A DNA stretch of 64,000 nt from Methanobrevibacter sp. (GCA_045628665.1 JAZQPS010000017.1:106505-170504); one strand, 5' to 3'. Shown: positions 21,262 to 32,724, counted from the first letter of the stretch. Notes: a model not told the origin generated them from the letters alone. Program-made: numbers and translations.

Positions 21262-22753
21262 TAAAATTTTTAAAAATAAAGAAAAATCTGATGTAAAAGA
21301 AATTCCTCAAGAAGAAGAACATATTACATCTCAATCAGATGAATTTTTAAAAGAAATAGCTATGACTCATAAAAATAGGCATGCTAGACTCCAAGCTGTT
21401 GATGAATTAAATGCTGAAGTAATTCTTTCAGAAATTTCTAAAACAAATAAAGATCGTGCTGTAAGATTAATTGCTATAAATAAAGTTAGAGATAGGAAGT
21501 TATTATTAGATGTAGCTGAAAATTCAGAATTTTATGATGTTAGAAGTTTTGCTTATGAACGTTTAGGAGAAAATAATAAATCTATTTATGAAGTGGTTAT
21601 TCATCAAAAAAATAATCCTAAAATTGATAAAATCTTTGAAAAAATAACTGATGAATCTGTCTTAGTAGAAATAGCTATTGAAGCTGTAGATAAAAAATAT
21701 AGAAGAGAAGCACTTGATAAAATAACTACTCCAGAATTATTAGAACAAATTGTAATGAATGGTAAAGATAGAAATATCCGTTCATCAGCATTAAAAAAAG
21801 AAAACTTTTCAAATATAGATGTTTTAGCAGATATAGCAATTAATGATTCTGATGAAAAAGTTAAGATTGAGGCTATTAAAAGAATTGATGATGAAAAAAT
21901 TCTTGCAGATATAGTGAATGATTGCGAAAATGGTAAAATAAGAAATATTCTTTTTAATAAAATTAATGATAAAACTTTACTTAAACAAATAGCATTTAAT
22001 TCAGATAAATCAGATGTACGTTTAGATTTAATTAAAAAACTTGATGATGAATCTATTTTATCAAGAATTGCTCTAGAAGATTCAGATAAAATTGTAAGAA
22101 CAGAAGCAACTAAGAAGATAAATAATGAGGATATTTTATATAAAATTGCTCAAAATGATTCAGATAGGTTTGTTAGACAAACTGCAGTGAAGAATATAGG
22201 AGATTGTGATAAATTAGTTGAAATTGCAATTACAGATAATGATCAATTTGTATGTAATAATGCTATTAAAAATTCTAATTTAAACGATGAAAAATACTTT
22301 GTAAAAATTGCAGCTTTAAGTGAAAACGAAGAGGTAGCTAAAGAAGCATTAAAAAGAGTATCCTCTCAAGAAAATCTTATTGATATTTTAAATAATGCAA
22401 AATTAGATTTAATTAAAAAAGAGGTTTTATTTGAAATATCTGATGAGGAAACATTGATTAAAGTTATAAAAATTAATAAAGATACTGAATTCTCATTAGA
22501 ATTATTGAATAAAATCGTTGGTGACGATAATTTATATGAAATTTATAAGTGCGATATAGAGGAAGAAATAAATGTTAGAGCAGTTTCTAAAATTAAAGGT
22601 CAAAGTATTTTAATTGATATTTTTAATAATGATGAAAATTGGAGAGTTAGAGAAGCAGCAGTTAAAAAAATAATTAGTAAAAAAACATTAACACAAGCTG
22701 CTAACTCTGATCCAAGTGAATATGTACGTAATGTTGCTAAAAATAGATTATAA
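21248..22753 (+). CDS. HEAT/LRV-like helical repeat protein
   Basis: Many ~25-aa repeats D.D..VR..A..KI.DE..L..IA; ATG at 21248 overlaps the upstream gene end. Confidence 0.8.
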   Translation: MGLFDKIFKNKEKSDVKEIPQEEEHITSQSDEFLKEIAMTHKNRHARLQAVDELNAEVILSEISKTNKDRAVRLIAINKVRDRKLLLDVAENSEFYDVRSFAYERLGENNKSIYEVVIHQKNNPKIDKIFEKITDESVLVEIAIEAVDKKYRREALDKITTPELLEQIVMNGKDRNIRSSALKKENFSNIDVLADIAINDSDEKVKIEAIKRIDDEKILADIVNDCENGKIRNILFNKINDKTLLKQIAFNSDKSDVRLDLIKKLDDESILSRIALEDSDKIVRTEATKKINNEDILYKIAQNDSDRFVRQTAVKNIGDCDKLVEIAITDNDQFVCNNAIKNSNLNDEKYFVKIAALSENEEVAKEALKRVSSQENLIDILNNAKLDLIKKEVLFEISDEETLIKVIKINKDTEFSLELLNKIVGDDNLYEIYKCDIEEEINVRAVSKIKGQSILIDIFNNDENWRVREAAVKKIISKKTLTQAANSDPSEYVRNVAKNRL

Positions 22754-23509
22754 GAAAAGTTCAGGTTCTTTTCTTTCACTATTATTTTTAACAAATTTTG
22801 AATTCATTGCTTCGTATGTTTCGCCTATGAAACTTCTTGCTTTTTCACTACAAATATAAATACAAGCAGTACATGCATCACATAAATCTTTATCTGTAGC
22901 TATTGGGTCATCATCAGGAATAGCACCAAGAGGACAAGCAGTTACACAATCTAAACAGAAACTACATTTACATTCATTTGTAAATGGAACAATTGGCATA
23001 TCATTATAATCTCTGTATGCATCTTTTCCTGGAACTTCGACATTGTCAAGTTCGTTATTGGTTAGTTTTTCACTAGCTTTTAAAGCAAATTCTTTAATAA
23101 TTTTAATATCTATCTCATCAGGTCTTCCTATTGCAACAGTAGGGAATAAAGAATGATGAGAAATAAAAGCTGCCCCAGCAAAGACTTTAAATCCATTTTT
23201 AATTAAAACTTCACTAAGTTCATAGAGTGCATAATCATAATCTCTATTACCATAATTAACAACAGCAATTGCAGGAGTATTATCTCCTTTTAAAAGTTCT
23301 AATTTTTCACGTGCTGCTTTTGGAATTCTTCCTGCAAAAACAGGCATTCCTACAATCACTAAATCTGTATTTTCAAAGGTTTTTTCAACTTTAAGACTAT
23401 TTAATAAGTCTAAAGAAGAAACGTTTCCATCGATATTACTTGAAATGTTATTTATAACAGTTTTTGTAGTATTTGATGGACTATAATATATTTCTGTAAT
23501 TTTAAACAT
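22748..23509 (-). CDS. Flavodoxin-fold + 4Fe-4S ferredoxin protein
   Basis: YSPSNTT, MPVFAGRIP, YGNRDYD, two CxxCxxCxxxC motifs. Confidence 0.85.
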   Translation of the reverse strand: MFKITEIYYSPSNTTKTVINNISSNIDGNVSSLDLLNSLKVEKTFENTDLVIVGMPVFAGRIPKAAREKLELLKGDNTPAIAVVNYGNRDYDYALYELSEVLIKNGFKVFAGAAFISHHSLFPTVAIGRPDEIDIKIIKEFALKASEKLTNNELDNVEVPGKDAYRDYNDMPIVPFTNECKCSFCLDCVTACPLGAIPDDDPIATDKDLCDACTACIYICSEKARSFIGETYEAMNSKFVKNNSERKEPELFL

Positions 23510-23576
23510 ACTCCAACCTCCTCATTATATATAATTATATATATGTTTTTTTAATATAATATAAATAGGTGATTAG

Positions 23577-24602
23577 ATGGATTTAATGAGAGAACTTTCT
23601 CTTGCTCCAGGTATTTCTGGATTTGAAGAAGAGATTGTAAAAATTTTAGAAAGAGAATTAAAAGATGTAACCGATGATATTGAGATAGATGCTATGGGAA
23701 ATCTCATTGCTACTAAAACAGGTAGTAAAAAAGCTCCTTCAATTATGTTAGCAGCACATATGGATGAAATTGGTTTAATGGTTAAATTTATTGATGATAA
23801 TGGTTTTATTAAATTTTCTACTATAGGTGGAATAAATAATCAAATGTTAATGAACCAAATTGTAACTGTTCACACTAAAACTGGTGAAATTACTGGTGTA
23901 ATCGGTTCAAAACCACCTCATGCAATGTCTGATGAAGAAAGAAATAAAATTGTAAAAGCAGATGATATGTTTATTGATATTGGAGCTATTGATAAAGAAG
24001 ATGCTGAGAAACTTGTAGAAATTGGAGATGCAATTACTTTTAATTCTGAATTTGTAGAATATCCAAGTGGATTAATTATGGGAAAAGCATTAGATAATCG
24101 TGTTGGATGTTATGTTTTATGTGAAGTTCTCAAAAGAGTAAATACTGATGCAACTATTTATGCTGTTGGAACAGTTCAAGAAGAAGTAGGTCTTAAAGGA
24201 GCTAGGACTTCTGCTTTTAAATTAAATCCTGATTATGCAGTTGCACTTGATGTTACTTTATCTGGTGATCATCCTGGAATTAAACCAGAAGAAGCACCTG
24301 CAGTGATTGATAAAGGTCCTACTCTTATTTTAATTGATGCTAATGGTCGTGGAATTATGACTTCAAAATCAGTTAAAGATATGCTTATTAATGCAGGTGA
24401 AGAAAAGGATATTCCTTATCAACTTGAAATAAGTCAAGGTGGAACTACTGATGGTGCAGTTATTCAATTAGCTCGTGAAGGTATTCCAACAGGTGTTTTA
24501 TCTGTTCCTACTAGATATATTCACACTCCAGTTAGTGTTTGTTCTAAAAAAGACATTGAAAATACTATTGAGTTAATTGTAGCAGCTATAAATAAATTAT
24601 AG
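23577..24602 (+). CDS. M42 family metallo-aminopeptidase
   Basis: AAHMDEIG, KALDNR, QEEVGLKGA, GGTTDG, RYIHTP. Confidence 0.93.
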   Translation: MDLMRELSLAPGISGFEEEIVKILERELKDVTDDIEIDAMGNLIATKTGSKKAPSIMLAAHMDEIGLMVKFIDDNGFIKFSTIGGINNQMLMNQIVTVHTKTGEITGVIGSKPPHAMSDEERNKIVKADDMFIDIGAIDKEDAEKLVEIGDAITFNSEFVEYPSGLIMGKALDNRVGCYVLCEVLKRVNTDATIYAVGTVQEEVGLKGARTSAFKLNPDYAVALDVTLSGDHPGIKPEEAPAVIDKGPTLILIDANGRGIMTSKSVKDMLINAGEEKDIPYQLEISQGGTTDGAVIQLAREGIPTGVLSVPTRYIHTPVSVCSKKDIENTIELIVAAINKL

Positions 24603-24613
24603 CTGATTTTTTT
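24583..24613 (+). terminator. Stem-loop + T-tract terminator
   Basis: cagctataa-ataaa-ttatagctg followed by a T-run. Confidence 0.6.
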
Positions 24614-24951
24614 ATTTTAAAAATAGAATGCAGGATAAATAACTTTTTATGGTTATTTATTCACTAATATTGCTTTTTTCTAATAAAATTCTGATTTTTA
24701 TTAATTTTTTTCATTTTTGTTTTTTCGTTTTCTCTGAATTTTAAATTTATGGTGTCTAAACATTAAAAATATAGTTAAAAGACCGTAGTTACACTAGATA
24801 AAATATAATACTCCAAATCAATATTAAATACATGATTTTACCAGTATATTTGGGAATTTATTAATCCATAACTCTTAAAAATGTTGAATTAGAGCAATTA
24901 AGTAGTAATAGGACGAATATTTAAATAGTTGGATCAATAAAGTAATTATCT

Positions 24952-25886
24952 ATGAAATTAGTTAAAATTTTTAGTTTAATAGAAAGGTACATGATTATTT
25001 TAGTGTTTATCGTATCAATTATTGCATTATTTTTCCCTAAAACATTTATCTGGTTGCCTTCAGACTTAACAAATTATTTATTAATATTAATCATTTGTAT
25101 GGGTCTTACACTTAAATATAGTGATTTTAATTTTATTTTTAAATATCCTAAAAATCTAGGCATTGGTTTTTTAAGTCAATTTTTAATCATGCCTTCTTTA
25201 GCTTTTATAATAGGTTCTTTATTTAATTTAGAAACCGCTTTATTTGCAGGTTTAATTGTTGTAGGAACATGTCTTGGAGGAACTGCAAGTACTGTGATAA
25301 CTTATTTAAGTAAAGGAGATGTTGCATTATCTGTTGGAATGACTAGTTTTAATACATTAGTTGCTCCTATATTAACTCCATTTCTTACTTTTATTTTCTT
25401 AAAAACAAGGGTTAATATGGATGTTTTTTCAATGTTTCTGTCTATTATTGAAATTGTTATTATCCATATTATTTTAGGCGTAATTATTAATTACTACTAT
25501 GGAGATAAGATTAAGTCTATTGAAGATTATTTGCCATCTATATCAATATTGCAATTATATTAATTGTTTCTATGGTAGTATCTCATAATTCTGCAAATAT
25601 TTTTGCTACTGGATTATTAATTTTAGCTTCCGTTATATTGCTTAATTTAGGTGGTTATTTATTCGGATTTTTAATTGCTAAAATTTGTGGTATGTCTAAT
25701 AAAAAAAGTAAAACTATTGCTATTGGAACAGGTATGCAAAATTCTGCACTCGCATGTTCTTTAGCTACTACTAATTTTCCATCTTTGGCAGTGGCTACTG
25801 TACCTGGAGCTATTTTTTCAGTATGGCAAAATATATTAGGAGCAGTTTTAGCATATATTTTTAAGAATTTAGATGAAAAGAACTAG
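24952..25886 (+). pseudogene. Bile acid:Na+ symporter (BASS) family, frameshifted
   Basis: QFLIMP, GGTAS, KGDVALSV, GMQNS. Frameshift near 25548; motif decay (CLGG for CPGG). Confidence 0.8.
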
Positions 25887-26149
25887 TTTCTTAAATTTAT
25901 TTATGTCACAATGTTGATAATCTTTTTGAATACATTCTTTTTATCTAATTCATAACATTTATTATCTATTATTTAATTTTTCATAATTTTTTTAATTTTG
26001 TATGTTATTATTCACTAAATATACGAAAAGTTAAATATTAACACATGTTTATAAAGGTATTTAATTAAATCTATATTTGATAATATAAATCTCTTAAAAA
26101 CAGATTTTGTTATTATATTTGATTATTAATTAAATGGAGGAATAATGAA

Positions 26150-27091
26150 TTGAAATTTAGAAAATTGTTTTTCATTTTGTTATTATTAATGGTTGTCGTT
26201 TCTGTTGGTTCAGTTGCAGCTAGTGATGGAACAGACGAAAATATTCAATTGTATACTGAGGTTGAAAATTTAGATGTTGATGATTCACCATTGCTTTATG
26301 GTTATGTGATTAATAAAGATACTCAAGATTTTATTCCTGCTCAAGTTGAATATGGTATAATTGATGAGTTTTCAAGTAATTCACAAGCACCTACAAAAGT
26401 AATGTGCTCAAGTTGAATATAGTATAATTGATGAGAATAAAAATGTTATTCAATCTGGTAGTCTTCAATCAGATAATGAGAGCTTTATAGTAAATTTAAA
26501 TCCAATTAAGAAAGTAGGTACTTATTATTATAATGTAAAAGCTACAGTTGGAGATAAAATTGTTAATAATTCACGTAATGATAATCATTTTATGATTACC
26601 AATTATGCTTTTAAAGTTAAAGTTTCATGTGAGGATATTATTGTAAATCAGACTGTTCATATTAAACGAGAGTTAACTTTCAATGGACAGCTTGTACTTG
26701 GTTCTATTAATGGTAGGGTAGTAGTTTTAACTACACCTGGTGAACCTCCTTCAGTTTTCACAGTTGATGACTATTATTCTACAGATAGTACCTTTGATTT
26801 TGCTATTGATAACTTACCTGTTGGAACCTATGTTTATTGGTTTGAGAGTGGAGGAAAAGCATATAGTTATCTTGTAGATACATATGGTTCTTTTGCTGTT
26901 AAAAATGTAACACCTACTCCTACCCCTGTACCTCAAATGATACTAATGGTACTACTCTAATAAATGATGAACCGGTTAAAGGTATTACTATGAAACCTAC
27001 TGGTAATTCTTTAGAATTATTAGTTGCAGTTTTAATTTTAATATCTGTTGGTTTAGTTATTAGACAAAGTAGATTAAAAAGAAAATCTTAA
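26150..27091 (+). pseudogene. Adhesin-like surface protein disrupted by a 67-bp insertion and a later frameshift
   Basis: Signal peptide (SVAA-SD). Removing 26369-26435 fuses the two ORFs in frame. After the PTPTP linker a shifted frame reads MKPTGNSL + TM + RQSRLKRKS, stop at 27091. Confidence 0.85.
26338..26435 (+). repeat. 31-bp direct repeat / 36-bp unique insert / 31-bp direct repeat
   Basis: tgctcaagttgaatat(g/a)gtataattgatgag at 26338-26368 and 26405-26435 flanks ttttcaagtaattcacaagcacctacaaaagtaatg. Confidence 0.95.
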
Positions 27092-27212
27092 TCTTCTTAT
27101 TTTTTCTTTTTTTTTAATTTTTTAAAAATTATCTTTTTTTATAAATTTTATAGTTAATATTTATATGTATTAAAAATCATGAAATATATGTTAGATATAT
27201 AAGGTGAAAATT

Positions 27213-27788
27213 ATGCCTGAAAAAAATACTATTGGACATAAAATAAAAAATATCATAGAAATGAGAGAACTATCTGCTGAACAGATAGCTAAAAATAGTG
27301 GAGTAAATCAATTACTCGTAGAACAAATTATTGAAGGAGAAATTATCCCTTCACTTACACCACTTACTAAAATAGCTAGAGCTTTGGGAGTTAGATTGGG
27401 AACTTTCCTTGATGATAATCCTAAAGATGATCCAATTATTATCAGAAAAGGTGAAAGTAATCAAGTTATTCATTTTTCAGGTGATGAAAGTAGTATTGAA
27501 GAAAGTCACTTACAATTTTATTCATTAGGTGCTGGTAAACCTGATAGACATATGGAACCTTTTATTATTGATATTCAAGAAGATCATAAAGAAGATATTG
27601 AATTAGCTTCTCATGAAGGAGAAGAGTTTATTTATGTTTTACAAGGTTCTATTGAATTAATCTATGGTAAAAATACTCATGTATTAAATGTTGGTGACAG
27701 TTTATACTATGATTCAATTGTACCTCATCATTTACATGCAAATGGTGAAAAAGCTGTGATTTTAACGGTTTTATATACTCCTTCATAA
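27213..27788 (+). CDS. XRE-HTH + cupin transcriptional regulator
   Basis: N-terminal HTH (PSLTPLTKIARALGV); cupin HMEPF..HEGEEFIYVL..YYDSIVPH. Confidence 0.9.
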   Translation: MPEKNTIGHKIKNIIEMRELSAEQIAKNSGVNQLLVEQIIEGEIIPSLTPLTKIARALGVRLGTFLDDNPKDDPIIIRKGESNQVIHFSGDESSIEESHLQFYSLGAGKPDRHMEPFIIDIQEDHKEDIELASHEGEEFIYVLQGSIELIYGKNTHVLNVGDSLYYDSIVPHHLHANGEKAVILTVLYTPS

Positions 27789-27800
27789 TGGTGATTATTA

Positions 27801-28223
27801 ATGTTTTCAAAAATTGTAGAACCTAGTTTTGGAGATTTAGATGGTTTAAAACATGTGAATAATAATGTGTTAGGTAAATGGTTTGAATTAGGAAGAAATG
27901 ATTTCTTTAGATTCTTTACTCCTGATTTAAATGTAGATCATGATGTTTGGAGATTAATTATGCTTCGAACAGAATTTGATTTTTTAAGACAAATTTATTA
28001 TGATGGAGATGTAGAAATTCGTTCTTATATTTTGCATGTTGGAAATAGTTCTTTTAAAACAGGTCATGAAGCATGGTAACATGGAGAATTAAAATGTAAA
28101 TGAAAATCCATTGTTGTTCAATTTAACTTTTTAGAACAAAAATCTGTTCCAATTGAAGATGAAATTAAAGCGAAATTAATGGAACATTATTTAGATGAAG
28201 AAGAATTTGATGCTAGAAGGTGA
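27801..28223 (+). pseudogene. 4HBT-like acyl-CoA thioesterase with two in-frame stops
   Basis: DGLKHVNN motif. TAA at 28077 and TGA at 28101; the same frame continues KSIVVQFNFLEQKSVPI...LMEH to TGA 28221-28223. Confidence 0.85.
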
Positions 28224-28227
28224 TTAT

Positions 28228-29886
28228 ATGCTATTTACTGAACAGACAATAGCAGATTTCTTTGAAGATATGGTTGCATCACAGCCAGATCATGAATTTA
28301 TTGTTTATCCAGATAGAGATTTAAGATATACTTATTCAGAATTTAATCAAAGAGCTAATAGTTTAGCAAAAGGGTTATTAGCTATTGGTATTAAAAAAGG
28401 AGACCATGTTGGTATATTGGCTAAAAATGTCCCCGATTGGTTAACTTTTATGTTTGCAACAGCTAAAATTGGGGCTGTTTTAGTAACTGTTAATACTGCT
28501 TACCAATCTCATGAGTTACATTATGTTTTAGAACAATCAGATATGAAAGCATTAGCTATGACTGATGAATTTAGAGGAACTAGCTATATAGATATGCTTT
28601 ATGATTTAGTTCCTGAACTAAAAGTTTGTGCAAGAGATAGTTTAACTTCTAAAGAATTCCCTCACTTAAAATATGTTATTCATGTAGGTCAAGAAAAACA
28701 TAGAGGAATGTATAATACAAATGAATTAATATTATTAGGTAAAAACCAAGATGATTCAATTTTAGAAGAAGCTAAAAAACATTTTGATAATAATGATGTA
28801 ATTAATATGCAGTATACTAGTGGAACTGAAGGTTTCCCTAAAGGTGTAATGCTTACAAGCCGTAATATTTTAAATGATGGTTACTACATTGGAGAAAATA
28901 TGAATTACACTAATAAAGATAGGTTACTTTTACAAGTACCTCTTTTCCATTGTTTTGGAACTGTTTTAGGAGTTATGGCAGTAATTACTCATGGTTCAAC
29001 CTTAATCATGCTTGAAGAGTATGATCCTCTTTTAGCTATTTCATCTATTCAAAAAGAAAAATGTACTTCAATATATGGTGTACCTACTATGTTTATTGGA
29101 ATGATGAGCCATCCTATGTTTGATATGTTTGATATGTCTTCTTTAAGAACAGGTATTATGGCTGGTTCTACATGTCCTGTTGAAACTATGAAGGATGCTA
29201 TTGAAAAAATGAATATGACTGAAATTACTAGTGTTTATGGACTTACTGAAGCGGCACCTGGTTTTACACAAACTAATGCTGCAGATTCTTTTGAAAAGAA
29301 AGTTAACACAGTTGGTAGAAAATTCCCTAATATTGAAGTTAAAATCATTGATCCAGATACTGGTGAAGAATTAGGTCCTAGTGAAAAAGGAGAAATCATG
29401 TGTAGAGGTTTCAATGTAATGAAAGGTTATTATAAAATGCCTGATAAAACAGCTGAAACTATTGAACCTGATGGATGGTTACACAGTGGAGACTTAGCTA
29501 CTGTTGATGAAGATGGTTATTATTCAATTGTTGGACGTATTAAAGATATGATTATCCGTGGTGGAGAAAATATTTATCCAAGAGAAGTTGAAGAATTTTT
29601 ATTTACTCATGAATGTGTTAGTGATGTTCAAGTAGCAGGTATTCCTGATGAGAAATATGGGGAACTTGTTGGAGCTTTTATTATTAAAAAAGAAGGTTTT
29701 GATGATATAACTGAAGCAGATATTAGGGATTTCTCTATTGGTAAAATAGCTAGATATAAAGTTCCTAAATATGTTTTCTTTGTAGATGAATTCCCACTTA
29801 CTACTAGTGGTAAAATTCAAAAATATAAACTTGTGGATTTAGGTCTTGAGTTATTAGAAAAAAGAAAAAGAGATGGAGAATTATAA
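28228..29886 (+). CDS. AMP-forming acyl-CoA synthetase
   Basis: [48 protein letters not shown]. Confidence 0.93.
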   Translation: MLFTEQTIADFFEDMVASQPDHEFIVYPDRDLRYTYSEFNQRANSLAKGLLAIGIKKGDHVGILAKNVPDWLTFMFATAKIGAVLVTVNTAYQSHELHYVLEQSDMKALAMTDEFRGTSYIDMLYDLVPELKVCARDSLTSKEFPHLKYVIHVGQEKHRGMYNTNELILLGKNQDDSILEEAKKHFDNNDVINMQYTSGTEGFPKGVMLTSRNILNDGYYIGENMNYTNKDRLLLQVPLFHCFGTVLGVMAVITHGSTLIMLEEYDPLLAISSIQKEKCTSIYGVPTMFIGMMSHPMFDMFDMSSLRTGIMAGSTCPVETMKDAIEKMNMTEITSVYGLTEAAPGFTQTNAADSFEKKVNTVGRKFPNIEVKIIDPDTGEELGPSEKGEIMCRGFNVMKGYYKMPDKTAETIEPDGWLHSGDLATVDEDGYYSIVGRIKDMIIRGGENIYPREVEEFLFTHECVSDVQVAGIPDEKYGELVGAFIIKKEGFDDITEADIRDFSIGKIARYKVPKYVFFVDEFPLTTSGKIQKYKLVDLGLELLEKRKRDGEL

Positions 29887-29914
29887 TTCTCCTAAAATTT
29901 ATTTTTTTAGTTTA

Positions 29915-30260
29915 TTACATAGTTGGAGATATTTTTGGTCAGAAGTAAATGTACTTCCAATTAATTTTCCATTTACATCATATTGTCTAAAGTTTCCATC
30001 GGAATAGGTTACTTCTTTAATTTGACCACCAAACTGTTCGCTATAGTACCATTTAACAGAAACTATTGTAGGTTCTGTAGTTTTATTAGTTGGTTCTTGT
30101 GGTTGTGTTTTTTTACATCTTGTGTGTTTTTTGATGTTATTGTGTCTTTACTAATGGTAACATTAGTATTTTCGTCATTTAAACTACTAGATGCAACAAA
30201 AGCTACACCAATAGCAATTACTATTATTATTATGATTATAAGTATACTACTTTTTTTCAT
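29915..30260 (-). pseudogene. Small membrane-anchored secreted protein, frameshifted
   Basis: N-terminal TM. After an A7 run a shifted frame reads TQPQEPTNKTTEPTIVSVKWYYSEQFGGQIKEVTYSDGNFRQYD... Confidence 0.6.
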
Positions 30261-30416
30261 AATTCATCCTCCTTTAAATATAATCTACATTTATTAATAC
30301 ATATATTTTGATATTTTTCTTTATTTTATTGTATAATGTTTATTTTATAACTTTAAAAATAAAATTTAATCAACTATTATTGAGTTTAATATAGATTTAA
30401 TAAATTGTAAAATTTA

Positions 30417-30593
30417 TTATTTTTGGACATAGAATAATTGTTGTAAAAAGCCCATAGCATCATAATTAAAGATTCCTTGTAAAAAGAAGAATAAAAAGAG
30501 TATAAATGCTATAATTAAAACCCATTTTAAATTTTTTATGATAGCATAAACAATTAAAAACAATAAAATAATTTTAATTAGCATCATTAACAT
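30417..30593 (-). CDS. Small hydrophobic ORF (58 aa), not in the ORF track
   Basis: MLMMLIKIILLFLIVYAIIKNLKWVLIIAFILFLFFF...; starts 14 bp after the nadM stop. Confidence 0.4.
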   Translation of the reverse strand: MLMMLIKIILLFLIVYAIIKNLKWVLIIAFILFLFFFLQGIFNYDAMGFLQQLFYVQK

Positions 30594-30606
30594 TTAATCA
30601 CATTTC

Positions 30607-31170
<564 letters not shown>

Positions 31171-31296
31171 TTAATTATTTTAAGAAATCTCTTTAATTTA
31201 ATTTTATATTTAGTTCTATTTATAAGTATTTGATTATTAAAAAAACTTATAATATAGTTTAAATAAATTATTTTGTATAATTTATGAGGTTTAATA

Positions 31297-31929
31297 ATGG
31301 AAAAGAAAAGCAAAATAATAATAGCCGTAATTGTTGTTGTAATTGTTATTATATTAGGTCTTTTTGCTTATACTACTTTTTTCAATAAAGAGGTAACTTC
31401 TTTTGATAATAATTTCATGTCAGGGGAATTTACAGGAGCAAATGTTGTTTTAAACAATACTATATCTAATGATTCTTTTAGTCAAGTTTATGAAGATAAA
31501 ACAAATAATATACAATATTCATTACAAACTGCTGATGCATTTAATTTTGCAGTAGGTCAGTATCTACTTAAAGGAGCAACTGGTCCTGAAAAACGTGATT
31601 TAAATGGTGTTGACTGGTCTATTTATTATGCACCGGCTCAAAATAATGTAACTAAAGCTAGTATGCATATTTATTTCTGTACTGCTACAGTAAATAATCA
31701 AAGTTATTTAGTCATGATTGTTGCACAAGATTCAACTAAAATTAAATGTGATGGAACTACATATTGTGATCTCTATAAATACTATGTAGAACCTTTATTA
31801 TCATCTACCCAATTGAAACAAACTGATAAAGTTCCAACTGAATATAGTATGTTAGGTATATCTAAATCACAGTATGATGCTTATTTAAAACAAATAGATT
31901 CATTTTTAGTAAAACAAGGAAATGTATAA
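31297..31929 (+). CDS. Membrane-anchored extracellular protein
   Basis: N-terminal TM and a polar ectodomain. Confidence 0.7.
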   Translation: MEKKSKIIIAVIVVVIVIILGLFAYTTFFNKEVTSFDNNFMSGEFTGANVVLNNTISNDSFSQVYEDKTNNIQYSLQTADAFNFAVGQYLLKGATGPEKRDLNGVDWSIYYAPAQNNVTKASMHIYFCTATVNNQSYLVMIVAQDSTKIKCDGTTYCDLYKYYVEPLLSSTQLKQTDKVPTEYSMLGISKSQYDAYLKQIDSFLVKQGNV

Positions 31930-31931
31930 TT

Positions 31932-32447
31932 ATGAAAGTTACAGTTTTTCATGCAGATGAATGTAATCGAAAGAAATGTACTACTTTAAAAATGGAAAAA
32001 TTTGGTAAATGCAGAGTAGTGTATAATATTAATAAAATACCTGCTGGTGCAGTTGTCTTAAACCCTTTTTCAGAAAAAGCAGTTTCATTTAAAGATGCCA
32101 AAATGGTAGAACATAGAGGGATTGTTGGACTAGATTGTTCTTGGAATGAAGTTACTAAATCTAAAAAGTTCTTTGATTTAACAAAATATCATAGGTCTCT
32201 TCCTTTTTTAGTAGCTACTAATCCTGTTAACTATGGTAAACCATGTATTTTATCTACTGTAGAAGCTGTATCTGCTACATTATACATAACTCGATTTAAA
32301 GATGAAGCTAAAGATATTTTAAAAGGATTTAAATGGAGTCATACTTTTTTAGAATTAAATCATGATTTATTAGAAGCATATTCAGAAGCTGAAAATTCTG
32401 CTGAAGTTGTTAAAATTCAAAATGATTTTTTAGACTCAAAAAAGTGA
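31932..32447 (+). CDS. tsr3: rRNA aminocarboxypropyltransferase Tsr3 (DUF367)
   Basis: LDCSW, RSLPFLVATNPVNYGKP, LSTVEA. Confidence 0.92.
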   Translation: MKVTVFHADECNRKKCTTLKMEKFGKCRVVYNINKIPAGAVVLNPFSEKAVSFKDAKMVEHRGIVGLDCSWNEVTKSKKFFDLTKYHRSLPFLVATNPVNYGKPCILSTVEAVSATLYITRFKDEAKDILKGFKWSHTFLELNHDLLEAYSEAENSAEVVKIQNDFLDSKK

Positions 32448-32577
32448 TTAATTTATAAATATGTCTAAAACTTTAAATAGTATTAGAAATATATTATTTA
32501 GTAATAGTTATGAATATGTTTCATTCTATAACATTTTTTAAGATTACAGTTTATTTTATTAGGAAGGAGGAGTAATT

Positions 32578-32724
32578 ATGGCAAGATTTGAAGAAGCTGA
32601 AAACAGAATGTTCAATGTTAAAATTTGCTCAAAATGTAAAGCTCGTAACCCTGCTAGTGCAACTACTTGTAGAAAATGTGGTTACAAAGGATTAAGATAC
32701 AAAGCAAAAGAACCAAGAGGATAG
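32578..32724 (+). CDS. rpl40e: 50S ribosomal protein L40e (48 aa, below the ORF-track cutoff)
   Basis: [48 protein letters not shown]; RBS ggagg. Confidence 0.95.
   Translation: MARFEEAENRMFNVKICSKCKARNPASATTCRKCGYKGLRYKAKEPRG

Noticed and set aside
26338-26435. Calling this a functional CRISPR array
   Set aside because: Only two repeats, no leader or cas genes nearby, and the repeat is the host gene's own coding sequence. Reported as an insertion scar instead.
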